Shown: piece after piece, positions 13,644 to 28,283 of the stretch | Layout of the letters: the number at the start of each line of letters is the position of its first letter | Position numbering within the stretch: the stretch's first letter is position 1 | Assembly (NCBI GenBank): GCA_000004695.1 | Contig: CM000153.2 | Span: 4,544,001 to 4,608,000 of the forward strand | Source: Dictyostelium discoideum | Lineage: Eukaryota | Length of the DNA: 64,000 nt | Reading direction: 5' to 3' | Notes under the pieces: model-generated | The model's input: the letters and a program-made list of their open reading frames with translations, nothing else | What the model was told of the DNA's origin: nothing | Database searches by the model: none | Program-made: the position numbers and the translations under genes

Positions 13644-14686
13644 ATGGGGAAATCACAACAATTTTTATTATTAAAAAAAACCACACCACAAATAATTACA
13701 CCACAAATAATTACACCACAACCTCCAGCAATATTATTTAAAAAAAAAGAATTTATAATTCCAGATTATTTAATAATTAAAATATTAAGATATTTAATTC
13801 AAGATCAATTTACACCAAATAATAAAGATAATAGAAATAATAATAGCAGCAATAATTATAAAACATATAGATACAAGAAATCAAAAACCAATAGTAGTAG
13901 ATTTTCATTTTTAAATTTAAATTTTAATTATGCATTAGTATCATGGAAATGGTTTAAATTAACATCAAAACTAAATGACTTTTTGCCACGTAGATATCTA
14001 ATTGCACTAATAAATCGAAACACTTCAAATGATCATAACTATTATCATCAATTAATTAAAAATCAATTTAATAAATATAATAATTTTTTATTTGACGATG
14101 GTAATGATGATAATGACGATAATTATAATGATCATGATGATGATGAAGAGGATGATGAAGAAAAAGATAAAAATGAATTAACAATTTCAAAACAAGAAGA
14201 GAAATTTAGAGTTAAAAATCAATGTATTATTTATACATCGTTGAGATATGGTTGGATACAGTTTAATAATTTGGTGGAGATTGAATTTGATCGTGTATCA
14301 TCAACATGGTTTAGTTCATGGCAATTGTTAGTTAAAGAATCACCGAAATTAGAAAGAGTGCATTTAACAATTATCGTGGGATCAGATAATCCAATTGAAA
14401 TATTTGAAAGATTTTCAATGACCGATATAAAATTAATATTAAAATTATATTTCAATGATTTATATTGTAATTTAGAATCAATTGAAAATTATATTCATCA
14501 AAGAAACAAATCACCATTTTCAATCAATGTTCAATCAATTCAATGTATTTGTAATATTCATCAAGATATGAATTGGGATATCGTCAAATTCTTTAACCCA
14601 TCACAATTATTATTAGATAGTAATTATGAAACAACTTTTCATTATTCATATACTAATTTATTATTACCACCACCACTACCACCACC

Positions 14687-14719
<33 letters not shown>

Positions 14720-15815
14720 AACAACAACAACAACAACAACACCAACAACACCAACAACAACTACTGCCACTACAACTACTTTATCATTATTAAATGATTT
14801 TAGAATTAAATTTCATGATTTTTTAGACTTTAAAGATTTTAAATTGGCGTTGGATAATGAGGGATTGACAAGTTTGGATTGTTCTTTGTTGTTATTTGAT
14901 ATTCATAGTTTTGAGCATATTATACCAGAGATTGGGAGTGAAGTTTATTGGAATTCAATATCATGTGATACTAATGATATTGCATTTGAAATTCCTTTTA
15001 CAATTAATTCAATTGCAAAATCATTATCATTAAATACAACTTTAACAACTTTAAAAATTTCAGATTATTATCGTTATTATGATGATGATGATTCTTCAAT
15101 TTATAATGGTTATGATGTTGAAAATGCATTTTTAGATAAACCAAAGAAATTAAAAATTAACAATAACAACAACAATACAATTATAGATCCATTTCAAGAT
15201 ACTTTATCTCACTATAATCAAGATATTAAAACATTTGCATATCAATTCTCAGAGGCAATTTGTTTAAATAAAACTTTAAAAACACTTTATATTTCATCTT
15301 GGGATTCTTTATTAGCTGATAATCATATTAAAAAACAACAACAATTTGAACAATTAAATAATAATAATAATAATAATAATGAGTTTAATTGTCAATTTTT
15401 TAAATCATTATCAATTAATCAAACATTAACAAGTTTATCATTAGTTAATGATACAATATCAGATTATGATTTAAAATGTTTATCATTTTATTTTGGTAAA
15501 AATCATTCAATTAAACAATTGGTTTTATCAAATAATAATTTAAAACATGTTGATAAATTAATTCAATTATTAAATTCAACTTCTATACGTAATAATAGTG
15601 GTGGTGATGATGATAATTTTAATAATAATGGTAAAATAATTGGATTAACTTTAGATTTATCAAATAATCATTACCCAATTAAATCATCAAATCAAATTTA
15701 TCAATCAATTTTAAATAATTTTAAATTTATAAATCAATTAATTTTACCAATTAATTTTGAAGAAACTATTGAACAATTAAATCAAAAAAATAAATTTAAT
15801 ATTTTATTTAATTAA
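13644..15815 (+). CDS. F-box-like / leucine-rich-repeat protein, 723 aa, single exon. Contains a poly-Thr tract and Asp/Asn-rich linkers.
   Basis: Long uninterrupted ORF. N-terminal IPDYLIIKILRYL resembles an F-box core (LPDE(L/I)LLKIFSYL). The C-terminal half has repeated L..L.L..N.I/L motifs (LKTLYISSW, LTSLSLVNDTISD, LVLSNNNLKHVDKL) typical of LRRs. The family is large and poorly characterised. Confidence 0.5.
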
Positions 15816-16349
15816 AGAGTAAAAATAAAATAAAAATAAATTTTATTTTTTTTTTATCTTTTTTTTTTTTTTTTAATAAATATCCAACCAGCCGATAAGT
15901 TTTTCACCAAATTTTCGGTTTTAAAAATTTTTTTATTTTTAATTTTTTTATTTTTAATTTTTTTTTTTTAATTTTCACACCAAACCACACTGCACTGCTT
16001 TTTTTTTTTTTTTTTTTGTTGATTTCTTTTTTTTTTTTTTTTTTTTTCAATTTTTTTTTCAATTTTTTTAATATCTTTACTATATATATATATATATTTA
16101 AACAATTATCTATTTTTTTTTTTATTTTAATTTCTTTTTTGATTTTTTTAATTAATAAATTATAAAATTTTAAAATAATATAATAAATATAGAAAAAATA
16201 TATATATATAAAGTAAAAATAAAAATAAAAATAGAAGTTAAAATATAAATATAAATATAAAAATAAAAATAAAAATAAAAATTGAAAAATAAGAATAGAA
16301 AAATAAAAATAGAAAAATAAAAATAGAAAATTAAAAATATAAATAAAAA

Positions 16350-19334
<2,985 letters not shown>

Positions 19335-19675
19335 AATAAAAAAAAAAAAATAAACAAACTTTTTTTTTTCCTCTTTTTTTTTTTTAAAACAAAAAAAAAC
19401 ATTTTAAAGAATATGTTTATAGTTGTGGATGATTCTTTTTTTTTTCTTTTCCTCCTTGACCAAAATTTTAAAATAATCTATTATAAAGATATCTTTATAA
19501 TTTTAATTTTATTTTTTTTTTTTTTCCAATGTGAATCTAATTTTTTTATTAACAAATTTATAAATTGTTAAATTAAAAAATATGTTTGGAGCTCTGATTC
19601 TTTATAGAGTTTTTTTAATTTAATTATTTGTTAAAGCAATCAGTTTGGATTTTTAAAATTGGAATTTCAAAAAAT

Positions 19676-19680
<5 letters not shown>

Positions 19681-19725
<45 letters not shown>

Positions 19726-20792
19726 TGGATTAACAAGATTGATATATGCCCATCTGGGTTAAAACAAGTTTTATTTAATATTTATTTAAAGGCTTATCTT
19801 TTAAGCTGAAGGGTTATTTTAATCATATGAATTGATCAAAAAATATAATATTTGGGAAAAATGATTCTGGAATACAAAAAAAATTAGCTGTTGTTTTTCT
19901 TACCTTGATCGTTGAAGGGAAAAGGATCTTAGGATCTTTGAAGTTATTATGGCCTTTTGCTGAAAAGTTTTTCAAAACTTTTGCTTTTTTGATGAATTCA
20001 AAAGGGGCCAATTTGGGCCATTTCTTTAAAAGGGAGCTGTATGATAGGGATTCCTCTGTTAAAGGATCTTCCCTGTATATTTGATTGCAAATCCAAATCC
20101 AAATGTTGGGGAGGATAAGGGCCATTAGGTTTCTATATGCGAATGATCTGGTTAAAACATAACCTATTGCTTTATAGTTCCATTCAAAGTATCTTGTGAA
20201 TCTGTGGTGGCGTAATCTGCATTCCTTCTTGATCTTTTGGCTGTCGGTGATAATTTGGAGTTATTCTATTAATGAAATTGTTATTTGCCTAATTCTTGTA
20301 TGGTGCCAGTTTTTACCTTTGCCTGTGGTGATATAGATGAAATTTTTGAGTTTATTTATTTTTATGAATTGTTTTGTCTTCTTGCATGAGAAGAACAGGT
20401 GACCGTATGGGTCTTTGCTCATATCTTCTTTGCAGAGTGGGCATTGTTTGTTGTGAAGGTAGTTTATTGGAAGGCATCTGGCATGGAATCTAAACATTGT
20501 GTCTCTTGTTTTAGGGTCTTTTATCTTCAGTATGTTGTTGAAGAGTTGATTATAGCTGTAGCCTCTTAAGTTTAGAGATGATTGGAATTCCGTTTTAGGG
20601 ATGGTTGGATTTTGGTCTTGAATTGTAGTATACCATTCTGCCAGTGAAAGTGGTTGTCCATTTTCGTTTTTTATGGATGTGAGATTATTGTTGAAGATTG
20701 CTTTTTTTATTCTTATTTTGTTCCATTCGTCTAAGTTTTCTTTTAGGTATCTGGATGTGAATTTGTTTTTTTGGATCTGATATTCCCAGCTT
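19681..20792 (-). mobile_element. 5'-truncated 3' fragment (about 1.07 kb plus an A tail of about 40) of a TRE3-type non-LTR retrotransposon (copy A). It has decayed coding capacity and sits immediately behind the poly(A) of copy B.
   Basis: About 93% identical to 20811..21880 of copy B. Ends on the plus strand in T(40) (19681..19720), which is the element's poly(A). Broken ORFs 19823..20125 and 20261..20497 encode the same C-terminal zinc-knuckle (CPLCKEDMSKDPYGHLFFSC) and tail as copy B. Confidence 0.7.
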
Positions 20793-22479
20793 TTTTTTTT
20801 TTTTTTTTTTAATATTGGATTAACAAGATTGATATATGTCCATCTGTGTTAATACGAGTTTTTATTTAATATTTATTTATAGGCTTATCATTTAAGCTGA
20901 AGGGTTATTTTAATCATATGAATTGATCAAAAGATATAATATTTGGGAGAGATGATTCTGGAATACAATAGTAATTAGCTGTTGTTTTTCTTAGCTTGAT
21001 CGTTGAGGTGAGAAGGATCTTAGGATCTTTGAAATTATTATGGTCTTTTGCTGATAAGTTTTTCAGATCTTTTGCTTTTTTGATGTATTCTAGAGTGGCC
21101 AATTTGTGCCATTTCTTTAGAAGGGAGCTGTATGATAATGATTCATTTGTTAAAGGATCTTCACTGTATATTTGATTGCAAATCCAAATCCAAATGTTGT
21201 GGAGGATAAGGGCCATTAGGTTTCTATATGCGAATGATCTGGTTAGATCATAGTCTATTGCTTTATAGTTCCATTCAAAGTATTCTTTGTGGAATCTGTG
21301 GTTGGCGTAATCTGCATTCACTTCTTGATCTTTTTTGGCTGTCGGTGATAATTTTGGAGTTATTCTATTAATGAAATTGTTATTTTGCCTAATTCTTGTA
21401 TGATGCCAGTTTTTACCTTTGCCTGTGGTAATATAGATGAAATTTTTGAGTTTATTTATTTTTATGAATTGTTTTGTTTTCTTGCATGAGAAGAACAGGT
21501 GACCGTATGGGTCTTTGCTCATATCTTCTTTGCAGAGTGGGCATTGTTTGTTGTGAAGGTAGTTTATTGGAAGGCATCTGGCATGGAATCTAAACATTGT
21601 GTCTCTTGTTTTAGGGTCTTTTATCTTCAGTATGTTGTTGAAGAGTTGATTATAGCTGTAGCCTCTTAAGTTTAGAGATGATTGGAATTCCGTTTTAGGG
21701 ATGGTTGGATTTTGGTCTTGAATTGTGGTATACCATTCTGCCAGTGAAAGTGGTTGTCCATTTTCGTTTTTTATGGATGTGAGATTATTGTTGAAGATTG
21801 CTTTTTTGATTCTTATTTTGTTCCATTCGTCTAAGTTTTCTTTTAGGTATCTGGATGTGAATTTGTTTTTTTGGATTTGATATTCCCAGCTTTTGTGATG
21901 AGATGAGTTTGTTTGTTTGGTTTCTAGTGCTAGGATGAATTGGTTTATGATCCAAAGTTTCTGCGCCAGTTGTCTCAATTCTATATTCCAAATGTTCCAG
22001 CCCCCTACTTTTAGTGGGTATCTTGCTCTTTTGGTTCTCATTAAATTAATAACTTGAAATCCACTAGCATTTTTGTTGTTTGGTGCCGATAAAAACCATT
22101 CGACTAATTTATTGATTTGGTTTAATTCCTCTTCCTTAAAGTTCTCTACATATGAATAGTAGGTTAATTTAGAGAGTGCGAATGCTTTGAGGATGTTGGT
22201 TTTGGTTTTGATTGTTGAGTCAGTGGTTTTCCATAGTACTAAGGATGATCTTATTGTGTTTAATATTTCTGGCATTTTTCTTGTTATCCCTTTGCCTGTG
22301 AAGAAGTATCCCAAGTATCTTTCTGGATTTGTAGATATTGGAATTCTTTGGTTGGTATTGTCTGGGTTGCCTATAAGAATTGATGAAGATTTGTCGATGT
22401 TTAGTTTTGAGGAAGTGGCTTTGCAAAATGAATTGAAGTGTTGTAGTACTAATTCAAGTTGTTAAAGTCTGGGACCATT
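20793..22479 (-). mobile_element. 3' part (about 1.67 kb plus A18 tail) of a TRE3-type non-LTR retrotransposon (copy B). It has an intact 466-aa ORF2 C-terminal region. The 5' side runs into an assembly gap.
   Basis: Minus ORF 20914..22314 has no RT catalytic core but has the C-terminal C..C...H....C motif and tail (ILHNIWIWICNQIYSEDPLTNE). This is architecturally like the TRE3 copy at 54457..57041 (RCKICGHLFRDPYSHLFTLC...IAHQLWKIICHKLFNTDE). Poly(T) at 20793..20810 is its poly(A). Confidence 0.7.
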
Positions 22480-22579
22480 NNNNNNNNNNNNNNNNNNNNN
22501 NNNNNNNNNNNNNNNNNNNNNNNNNNNNNNNNNNNNNNNNNNNNNNNNNNNNNNNNNNNNNNNNNNNNNNNNNNNNNNN
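22480..22579. other. Assembly gap (100 N).
   Basis: Run of n. Confidence 1.
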
Positions 22580-22784
22580 TACAATTACTCACTATCCAGT
22601 AGCTTCACCATCAACTACAATTTTACCAAGAGTCTTACCATCAAGATCAAATCAAACATCTAATGTTTCACCAGCTACAACAATTCAACCACCAAATTCA
22701 TCAAGTTCAAATCAATCATCAAATATCCCACCAACAACAAACCAATCATCAAATATTACAAATCAACCAATAAATACTTCATCA

Positions 22785-24219
22785 ATGAATTTAAATCAAT
22801 CATTATCAAATCCACCATCTCTTATTACAAATCAAGCAACAACCGCTAGATTATTGAATAGTGTACCTATCTCAATCAACAATGATAATATTAATACAAC
22901 AATTCCACAATTTACACAAGAGTCAATAAGAAAAGAGTTGGAAAAAGAAAATTATTATAGAGCAATGTATAAATATCTTGAAGAAACAAGACTTCCAGAC
23001 AATGCACAAGCAGCAAGAAGAATTTTGTTGGAGTCTGAATTTTATTCAATGATTAATGGATTTCTTTGTCACGGTTTAAAACATACTTTATCAAGTAAGA
23101 AATCTCATTTTAAACATCTTCAAATTGTAGTTCCAAAAACTATGACTAAATGGATAATGGAAATATTTCATGATTCGCCACTTACTGGAGGACATTTTGG
23201 ATTATTAAAAACTGTTGCAAAAATCAAAGAAAGATTCTATTGGATTGGTATGATTAAGGATATAAAAGAATTTATCGATAAATGTACAACTTGTTTACAA
23301 ATTAAAAGAAAGTATGGTCCAAAAGAAGGTTTACTCATTCCAATTGAGATTGAACCTGAACCATTTAATACAATTGGTATTGATTTTATTGGTCCAATTA
23401 CAAAAGATAATGCTCAAGTTTATTTGTTGGTTGTTATGGATTATTTTACTAAATGGCCAGAAGTTTTCTTTACCCTTGATATGGAAGGGGAGACTGTAGC
23501 TCAATTATTGTTGTATGAAATCTATACTAGATATGGGGTTCCAAAGAAGTTGGTTTCTGATCGTGGTAAGAATTTTTTTAAGTAATGTAGTCTCTGGTGT
23601 TAATAAATTATTCGGTGTTCACAAATTAACAACTACTGCTTATCACCCACAATGTGATGGTCAAACTGAAAATTTCAATAATACATTAATTAAGATGCTC
23701 AAAGCTTTTATTGGTAATGAATTGTATGGCAATTGGGGTGAATTATTAAGATGTGTTTTATACTCATACAGAATTACACCACATGTTTCAACTGGTTTTT
23801 CACCCTTTTTCTTACTTTTTAATCGTCAACCAACTTTACCATTAGATACAACTTTAAATGTAAATTTTTATTCAAATTCACTAAGATTAGATTTCGCTGA
23901 TAATTATGCACAATCCGTAAATAATAATCTTAAACGTGCCTTTTGGTTTACAAAGAATAATCTCGATAAAGCTCAAGAATTACAAAAAACAAATTATGAT
24001 AAAGGTCGTCGTCCAACAAATATTCAAACAGGTGATTTTGTTTATTTACATACACCATATTCACAAACTTCTATTGGTCCAAAGAAATTCTATAAACCTT
24101 GGAGAGGTCCTTTTAAAGTTCAAGAAAAAGTTAGCGATGTTACATTCAAATTAGATATGGGTAATCTTAGAGATCATAAAGTAGTCAATATTGAAAGATT
24201 GAAAAAAATTTTCAACTAA
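22785..24219 (+). pseudogene. Integrase-coding region of the LTR retrotransposon. It is split into ORFs 22785..23585 and 23515..24219 by a frameshift.
   Basis: The two ORFs overlap in different frames. Together they give a complete rve-type integrase. Alone, neither is complete. Confidence 0.65.
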
Positions 24220-24231
24220 AAGGGGGGGATA

Positions 24232-24499
24232 TGTAATAAAGTTACTCTATAAAATTAATAGATATTAAATATGCATATTACATTACTAATTATAGTTGAC
24301 ACACATTTAAATAATATAATAATAATAATAATAATAATACTGTCAACTCATTATGAATAATATAAATACTAAAGAATAATTTTATAAACAATATCGAATA
24401 TTATAAATATAAACTAATATTAAATAAAGATAACAAAGTATTATTCAATTATATAATTATTAATTATATATATTTATAAAGCTAACAAGCTTTATTACA
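24232..24499 (+). repeat. 3' LTR, 268 bp. Terminal inverted repeat TGTAATAAAG ... CTTTATTACA (TG...CA).
   Basis: A perfect 10-bp terminal inverted repeat. It starts 1 bp after the PPT. It is AT-rich but of higher complexity than the surrounding spacer. The 3' boundary is inferred from the TIR only. Confidence 0.55.
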
Positions 24500-24747
24500 T
24501 TAATTGTAATTATAGAAAAATTTATATCGTTAAAATTAAAAATTATAAAAAAGAAAAAGTTTGAAATAAAAATAAAAAATAACATTAAATAAAAATTAAA
24601 TAAACAAAAAATATAAATAAAAATCCTAATTTAAAAAATGAAAAGAATAAATGGATAATCAAATTTGGAAGGATATTTAGTTTGGAAAGCTGAAAATTAA
24701 AAAAAGAATACTATAATTTTAATTTTTTGGAAATTAGCAAAAAAAAA

Positions 24748-24788
<41 letters not shown>

Positions 24789-25134
24789 ATTATAATTTTA
24801 TTAAATTATGTAAATATATGAAATAATTTTAAATGAAAAAAAATAAATTTCTCAGTTTAAATGAACAAAAACAAAAGCAAATAAGAAATTATATTTTAAT
24901 AGAAATTATTGTTTATTATAGTATTAAAAATTATAAAAAATAGTACAAATATTTAATTTTATCTTTAAATTAATTTATTTTCCAGGTAAAAAATAAAAAA
25001 AATTAAATTAAATTAAAATTAAAATAATGCCAAAAATTTATAAGCACTAATATAAATAAATTTTCAAAAAAGGTAAATATTATTTATTTAGTAATTTTGT
25101 TTTAAAGTAATAGTATAGTATTTTTTTTTTCTTT

Positions 25135-25875
25135 TTAAAGTAAGTAACCTAAAGATAAAACACAAGCGGCAGAAATTATAGAAAGTGAAGCTTTTAATGT
25201 ATTTGAAGCACCTTTTTCAACATGTTCAGCTTCTTCATTGTTGGCTGCGGTATTGGCTTCAGCTTTTGCTTTTGAAGAATCGGAAGATGAAGATGGTTTT
25301 TGAGTTGATGATTTAGTATCAGTTTTTGGAGAGGAGCCTTGTTTGGTATCAGTTTTTGGTGATGCTTCTTTAGCATCTGATTTTGGTGATGCTTCTTTTG
25401 CATCAGTTTTTGGTGATGCTTCTTTTGCATCGGATTTTGGAGAACCTTTTTGAGTGGATTGAGTATTTGGTGATTTTTGAGCATTTTCAGTATTGGCAGC
25501 ATCAGCATTATCCTTTAAACGATCAATTGGTCTGACTTCTTTAGCTAATTCTTTAGATTCTTTAACTCTAATAATTGATTTACTACCGGAATTTAAATCT
25601 TTGAAAGTGTATCTGCCAGGTGGTAATGCTTTTTGAACAAATGATCTTTGATCTTCGTTGAGAACACCATCGAATGATTTATCACCATTTTCAGTATCAC
25701 TAATGAGTGTAATGGTTGAATTTCTACCTTCATTGGTTGTAAATTGTAAAACATCACCTTCATAAAATGTTACATCATGTGGTGGATTATCCCAATTAAT
25801 ATATCTAAAACTTTCACTTGCACTAGCATATGTTGCTAATGCCAATGTTAAAATTAATTTTGATAATAATTTCAT
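25135..25875 (-). CDS. Predicted secreted/GPI-anchored cell-surface protein, 246 aa. Signal peptide, about 100-aa N-terminal domain, four tandem 9-aa repeats (K(S/T)DAKEASP), Ser-rich stalk and a C-terminal hydrophobic GPI-signal-like tail.
   Basis: MKLLSKLILTLALATYASA is a signal peptide. The C-terminal NTLKASLSIISAACVLSLGYLL is an omega-site plus hydrophobic tail. The repeat is seen as a 27-nt tandem at 25330..25450. The N-domain (YINWDNPPHDVTFYEGDVLQFT...GRYTF) may be cupredoxin/phytocyanin-like. That is a guess. Confidence 0.55.
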   Translation of the reverse strand: MKLLSKLILTLALATYASASESFRYINWDNPPHDVTFYEGDVLQFTTNEGRNSTITLISDTENGDKSFDGVLNEDQRSFVQKALPPGRYTFKDLNSGSKSIIRVKESKELAKEVRPIDRLKDNADAANTENAQKSPNTQSTQKGSPKSDAKEASPKTDAKEASPKSDAKEASPKTDTKQGSSPKTDTKSSTQKPSSSSDSSKAKAEANTAANNEEAEHVEKGASNTLKASLSIISAACVLSLGYLL

Positions 25876-26224
25876 TTTTTTTTTTTAATTTAATTATAAT
25901 TTTATTTTTTGTAATATTATTAAAAGTATTATTATTATTATTATTGTTGTTGTTGTTGTTGTTGTTGTTTTTGTAGTATTTATAAAAAAATAAAAATAAA
26001 AATAAAAAAAAAAAGTATTATTAATACACTTTTTTTTTTTTTTTTTTTTTTTTTTTGGCAATTCCCACCAAAAAATATAAAATAATTAATTTTAATTATT
26101 TCTTTTTAGTGAAAATTAAATAAATTTTTATTTTATCTTTAATTCAATAATTTCGTAGTTATTTTACAAATAATTTAATACCCACATATGGGTGAATTAA
26201 TTTATTTGTTGAAAAAGTGTTTAG

Positions 26225-26272
<48 letters not shown>

Positions 26273-26618
26273 ATAATTAAAAAAGTGTGGTTTATTTAAA
26301 ATAATTAAAAGGTTGTGGAATTAACATTGATAAACGAAATTTAAAAGAAACCATTTTTTTTTTTCTTTTTATTTATTTTTAAGAATAATCTTTTATTTTT
26401 TTTATTTTATTTATTTTTTTTTTTTTTTTTTATTTTTTATTTTTTTGTTTTATAAAATGTTTGGATTTTTAAATTGTTTTAATCATAAATTAGTAAATGA
26501 AATTTGAGTTAACTCATGAATTTAATAGAGAGAAATCCCTTACTATAAAACCATTTCCATTTATTACTTTTGAGAGGAAAAAAAAATATAAAAAAAAAAA
26601 AAAAAAAACTATTTCCGG

Positions 26619-26654
<36 letters not shown>

Positions 26655-26771
26655 TTTTAAAAAACGAACGATATCAGATTCTTTTTTTTTTTTAGTTTTG
26701 AAAAAAAAAAAATAAATAAAAAAAAACTTTTAATAAATAATTTCTTCAAAAAAGAGAAAATAAATAAAAAA

Positions 26772-28175
26772 ATGGTTCAAAAGAAAAAGAATAATAAATC
26801 AAAAACCACTACAAATGCATTAGCAGTTGATGGATTTAATTCCATGTTTTCAATGTTTGAATCAAACCCAGATGATTCAAATGAAAATAAAATTGAACCA
26901 TTAATTCTCACCACACAAAATAATGATCTTGAAAAACTTGATAATGAACCAAAACCAAAAAATCCACCAAAAAAATTAAAAAGAAAATTATTAATTGATC
27001 AACCATCAACAACCACAACAACAACAATCGAAAATAATAATAATAATAATGAAATAACAATAAAAAATAATAATAATGAAATTAGTAAAATTTTAGATTT
27101 TAAAAAAAAAGAATTGGAAAATAGAGAATTGGATATAATAGTAAAAGAAAAAGAAATTAAAAGACAAAGAAAAGATATTAAAGAGGAAATGGATAAAATG
27201 AAAGTAGCATTAAATAAACAAAAAGTATTATTAGAACAAAATAAGAATTCAACAGTATCAATTGCAATACCATCAAATGCATTATCAGGTATTCAAAGTG
27301 AAGAGATGAAAACCTATATAATTGAAATGATATCACGTCAAGTTACAATGAATAAAATTGATGAAATAATTGTATTTAAAACTGATGATTACAATGAAGA
27401 AGATTCTCAACAACAATCAGATTTAAATCTACTATTAAAAGTTTTAGAATATATTGAAACTCCAAGTTACTTACGTGATGAACTATTCAATACTTTAGAA
27501 AAGGATTATTTCAATGTTGATAAATTAAATTCAATCAATAGTTGTCAACAACAACAACCTAACGACGAACAATTATATAGAGAGGGTGTAGTCACAAATC
27601 AACATTGGAAAAATCAGTCAATTGTGAATGTCGGATTAGAGAAATTAGTTTTAATTCCAAAACGTTTAAATCCAGGTACAAGATTAACTATTGATATAAA
27701 GAATTCTTCAAATGGTGATGATGATGGTACAGGCGGTGGTGGTGATGGAAATAGAGAAACTAATGATAAATATATAAATGGTAAAATCATTTCACCAAGT
27801 GATATTAAAAAGGAAGGTTATTATTGGGGACACCATATTCGTTTAGTTGATTCATTAGCAAAGGTTGCATCAACTTGTCAATATGAAGATACTCAAAATT
27901 ATGATTACATTATTATGCATTCTCAATATGGTGAACAATTCCCATCCTATACTGATGTTGTAATAAATAATGCAAAGAAATATAACCATCTTTTAGTTAT
28001 TTTCGCTGATGCAAATGCAAGTTCAACTGTAAATCCTGAATTTAAATTAGGTAGTGAAGTTTTAGTACCAGATACTCATATCAATACTCTTGTAGATTTT
28101 AATATTAAGAAATTACGTTTTGAAGAAACTTTATCAATTACACTTTCAAAATTAAAAAGTACTTTTTATTATTAA
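26772..28175 (+). CDS. SPOUT-class RNA methyltransferase of the C9orf114/SPOUT1 (DUF171) family, 467 aa, with a basic/coiled-coil N-terminal extension.
   Basis: TVSIAIPSNALSGIQSEEMKTYIIEMISRQVTMNKIDEIIVFKTDDY aligns with the human C9orf114 region LSIALPGSILDNAQSPELRTYLAGQIARA...VDEIVVFDEEG. The C-terminus YYWGHHIRLVDSLAKVA...YDYIIMHSQYGEQF...YNHLLVIFAD aligns with WGYTVRLASCLSAVF...YDLTIGTSERG....HALVVFGG. Confidence 0.7.
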   Translation: MVQKKKNNKSKTTTNALAVDGFNSMFSMFESNPDDSNENKIEPLILTTQNNDLEKLDNEPKPKNPPKKLKRKLLIDQPSTTTTTTIENNNNNNEITIKNNNNEISKILDFKKKELENRELDIIVKEKEIKRQRKDIKEEMDKMKVALNKQKVLLEQNKNSTVSIAIPSNALSGIQSEEMKTYIIEMISRQVTMNKIDEIIVFKTDDYNEEDSQQQSDLNLLLKVLEYIETPSYLRDELFNTLEKDYFNVDKLNSINSCQQQQPNDEQLYREGVVTNQHWKNQSIVNVGLEKLVLIPKRLNPGTRLTIDIKNSSNGDDDGTGGGGDGNRETNDKYINGKIISPSDIKKEGYYWGHHIRLVDSLAKVASTCQYEDTQNYDYIIMHSQYGEQFPSYTDVVINNAKKYNHLLVIFADANASSTVNPEFKLGSEVLVPDTHINTLVDFNIKKLRFEETLSITLSKLKSTFYY

Positions 28176-28283
28176 ATAAAAATAAAAATAAAAATAAAAA
28201 TAAAAATAAAAATAAAAATAAAAATAAAATATTATTATTATTATCTCTTAATTTATTATTTATTCAATTTATTTATATTATTT

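Larger units (their letters stand above)
22580..24499 (+). mobile_element. 3' portion of a Ty3/gypsy-type LTR retrotransposon (DGLT/Skipper-like). Holds the pol C-terminus (Ser/Thr/Asn-rich linker plus integrase with a +1 frameshift near 23515..23585), a polypurine tract and the 3' LTR.
   Basis: The reading frame is open from the gap edge. Integrase HHCC zinc finger: HDSPLTGGHFGLLKTVAKIKERFYWIGMIKDIKEFIDKCTTCLQ. DDE core: GIDFIGPI...VVMDYFTKWPE...SDRGKNF. After the frameshift come TTAYHPQCDGQTENFNNTLIKML and a C-terminal SH3-like GPFKVQEKVSDVTFKLD. The PPT AAAAGGGGGGGAT (24218..24230) sits immediately 5' of the LTR. Confidence 0.75.
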
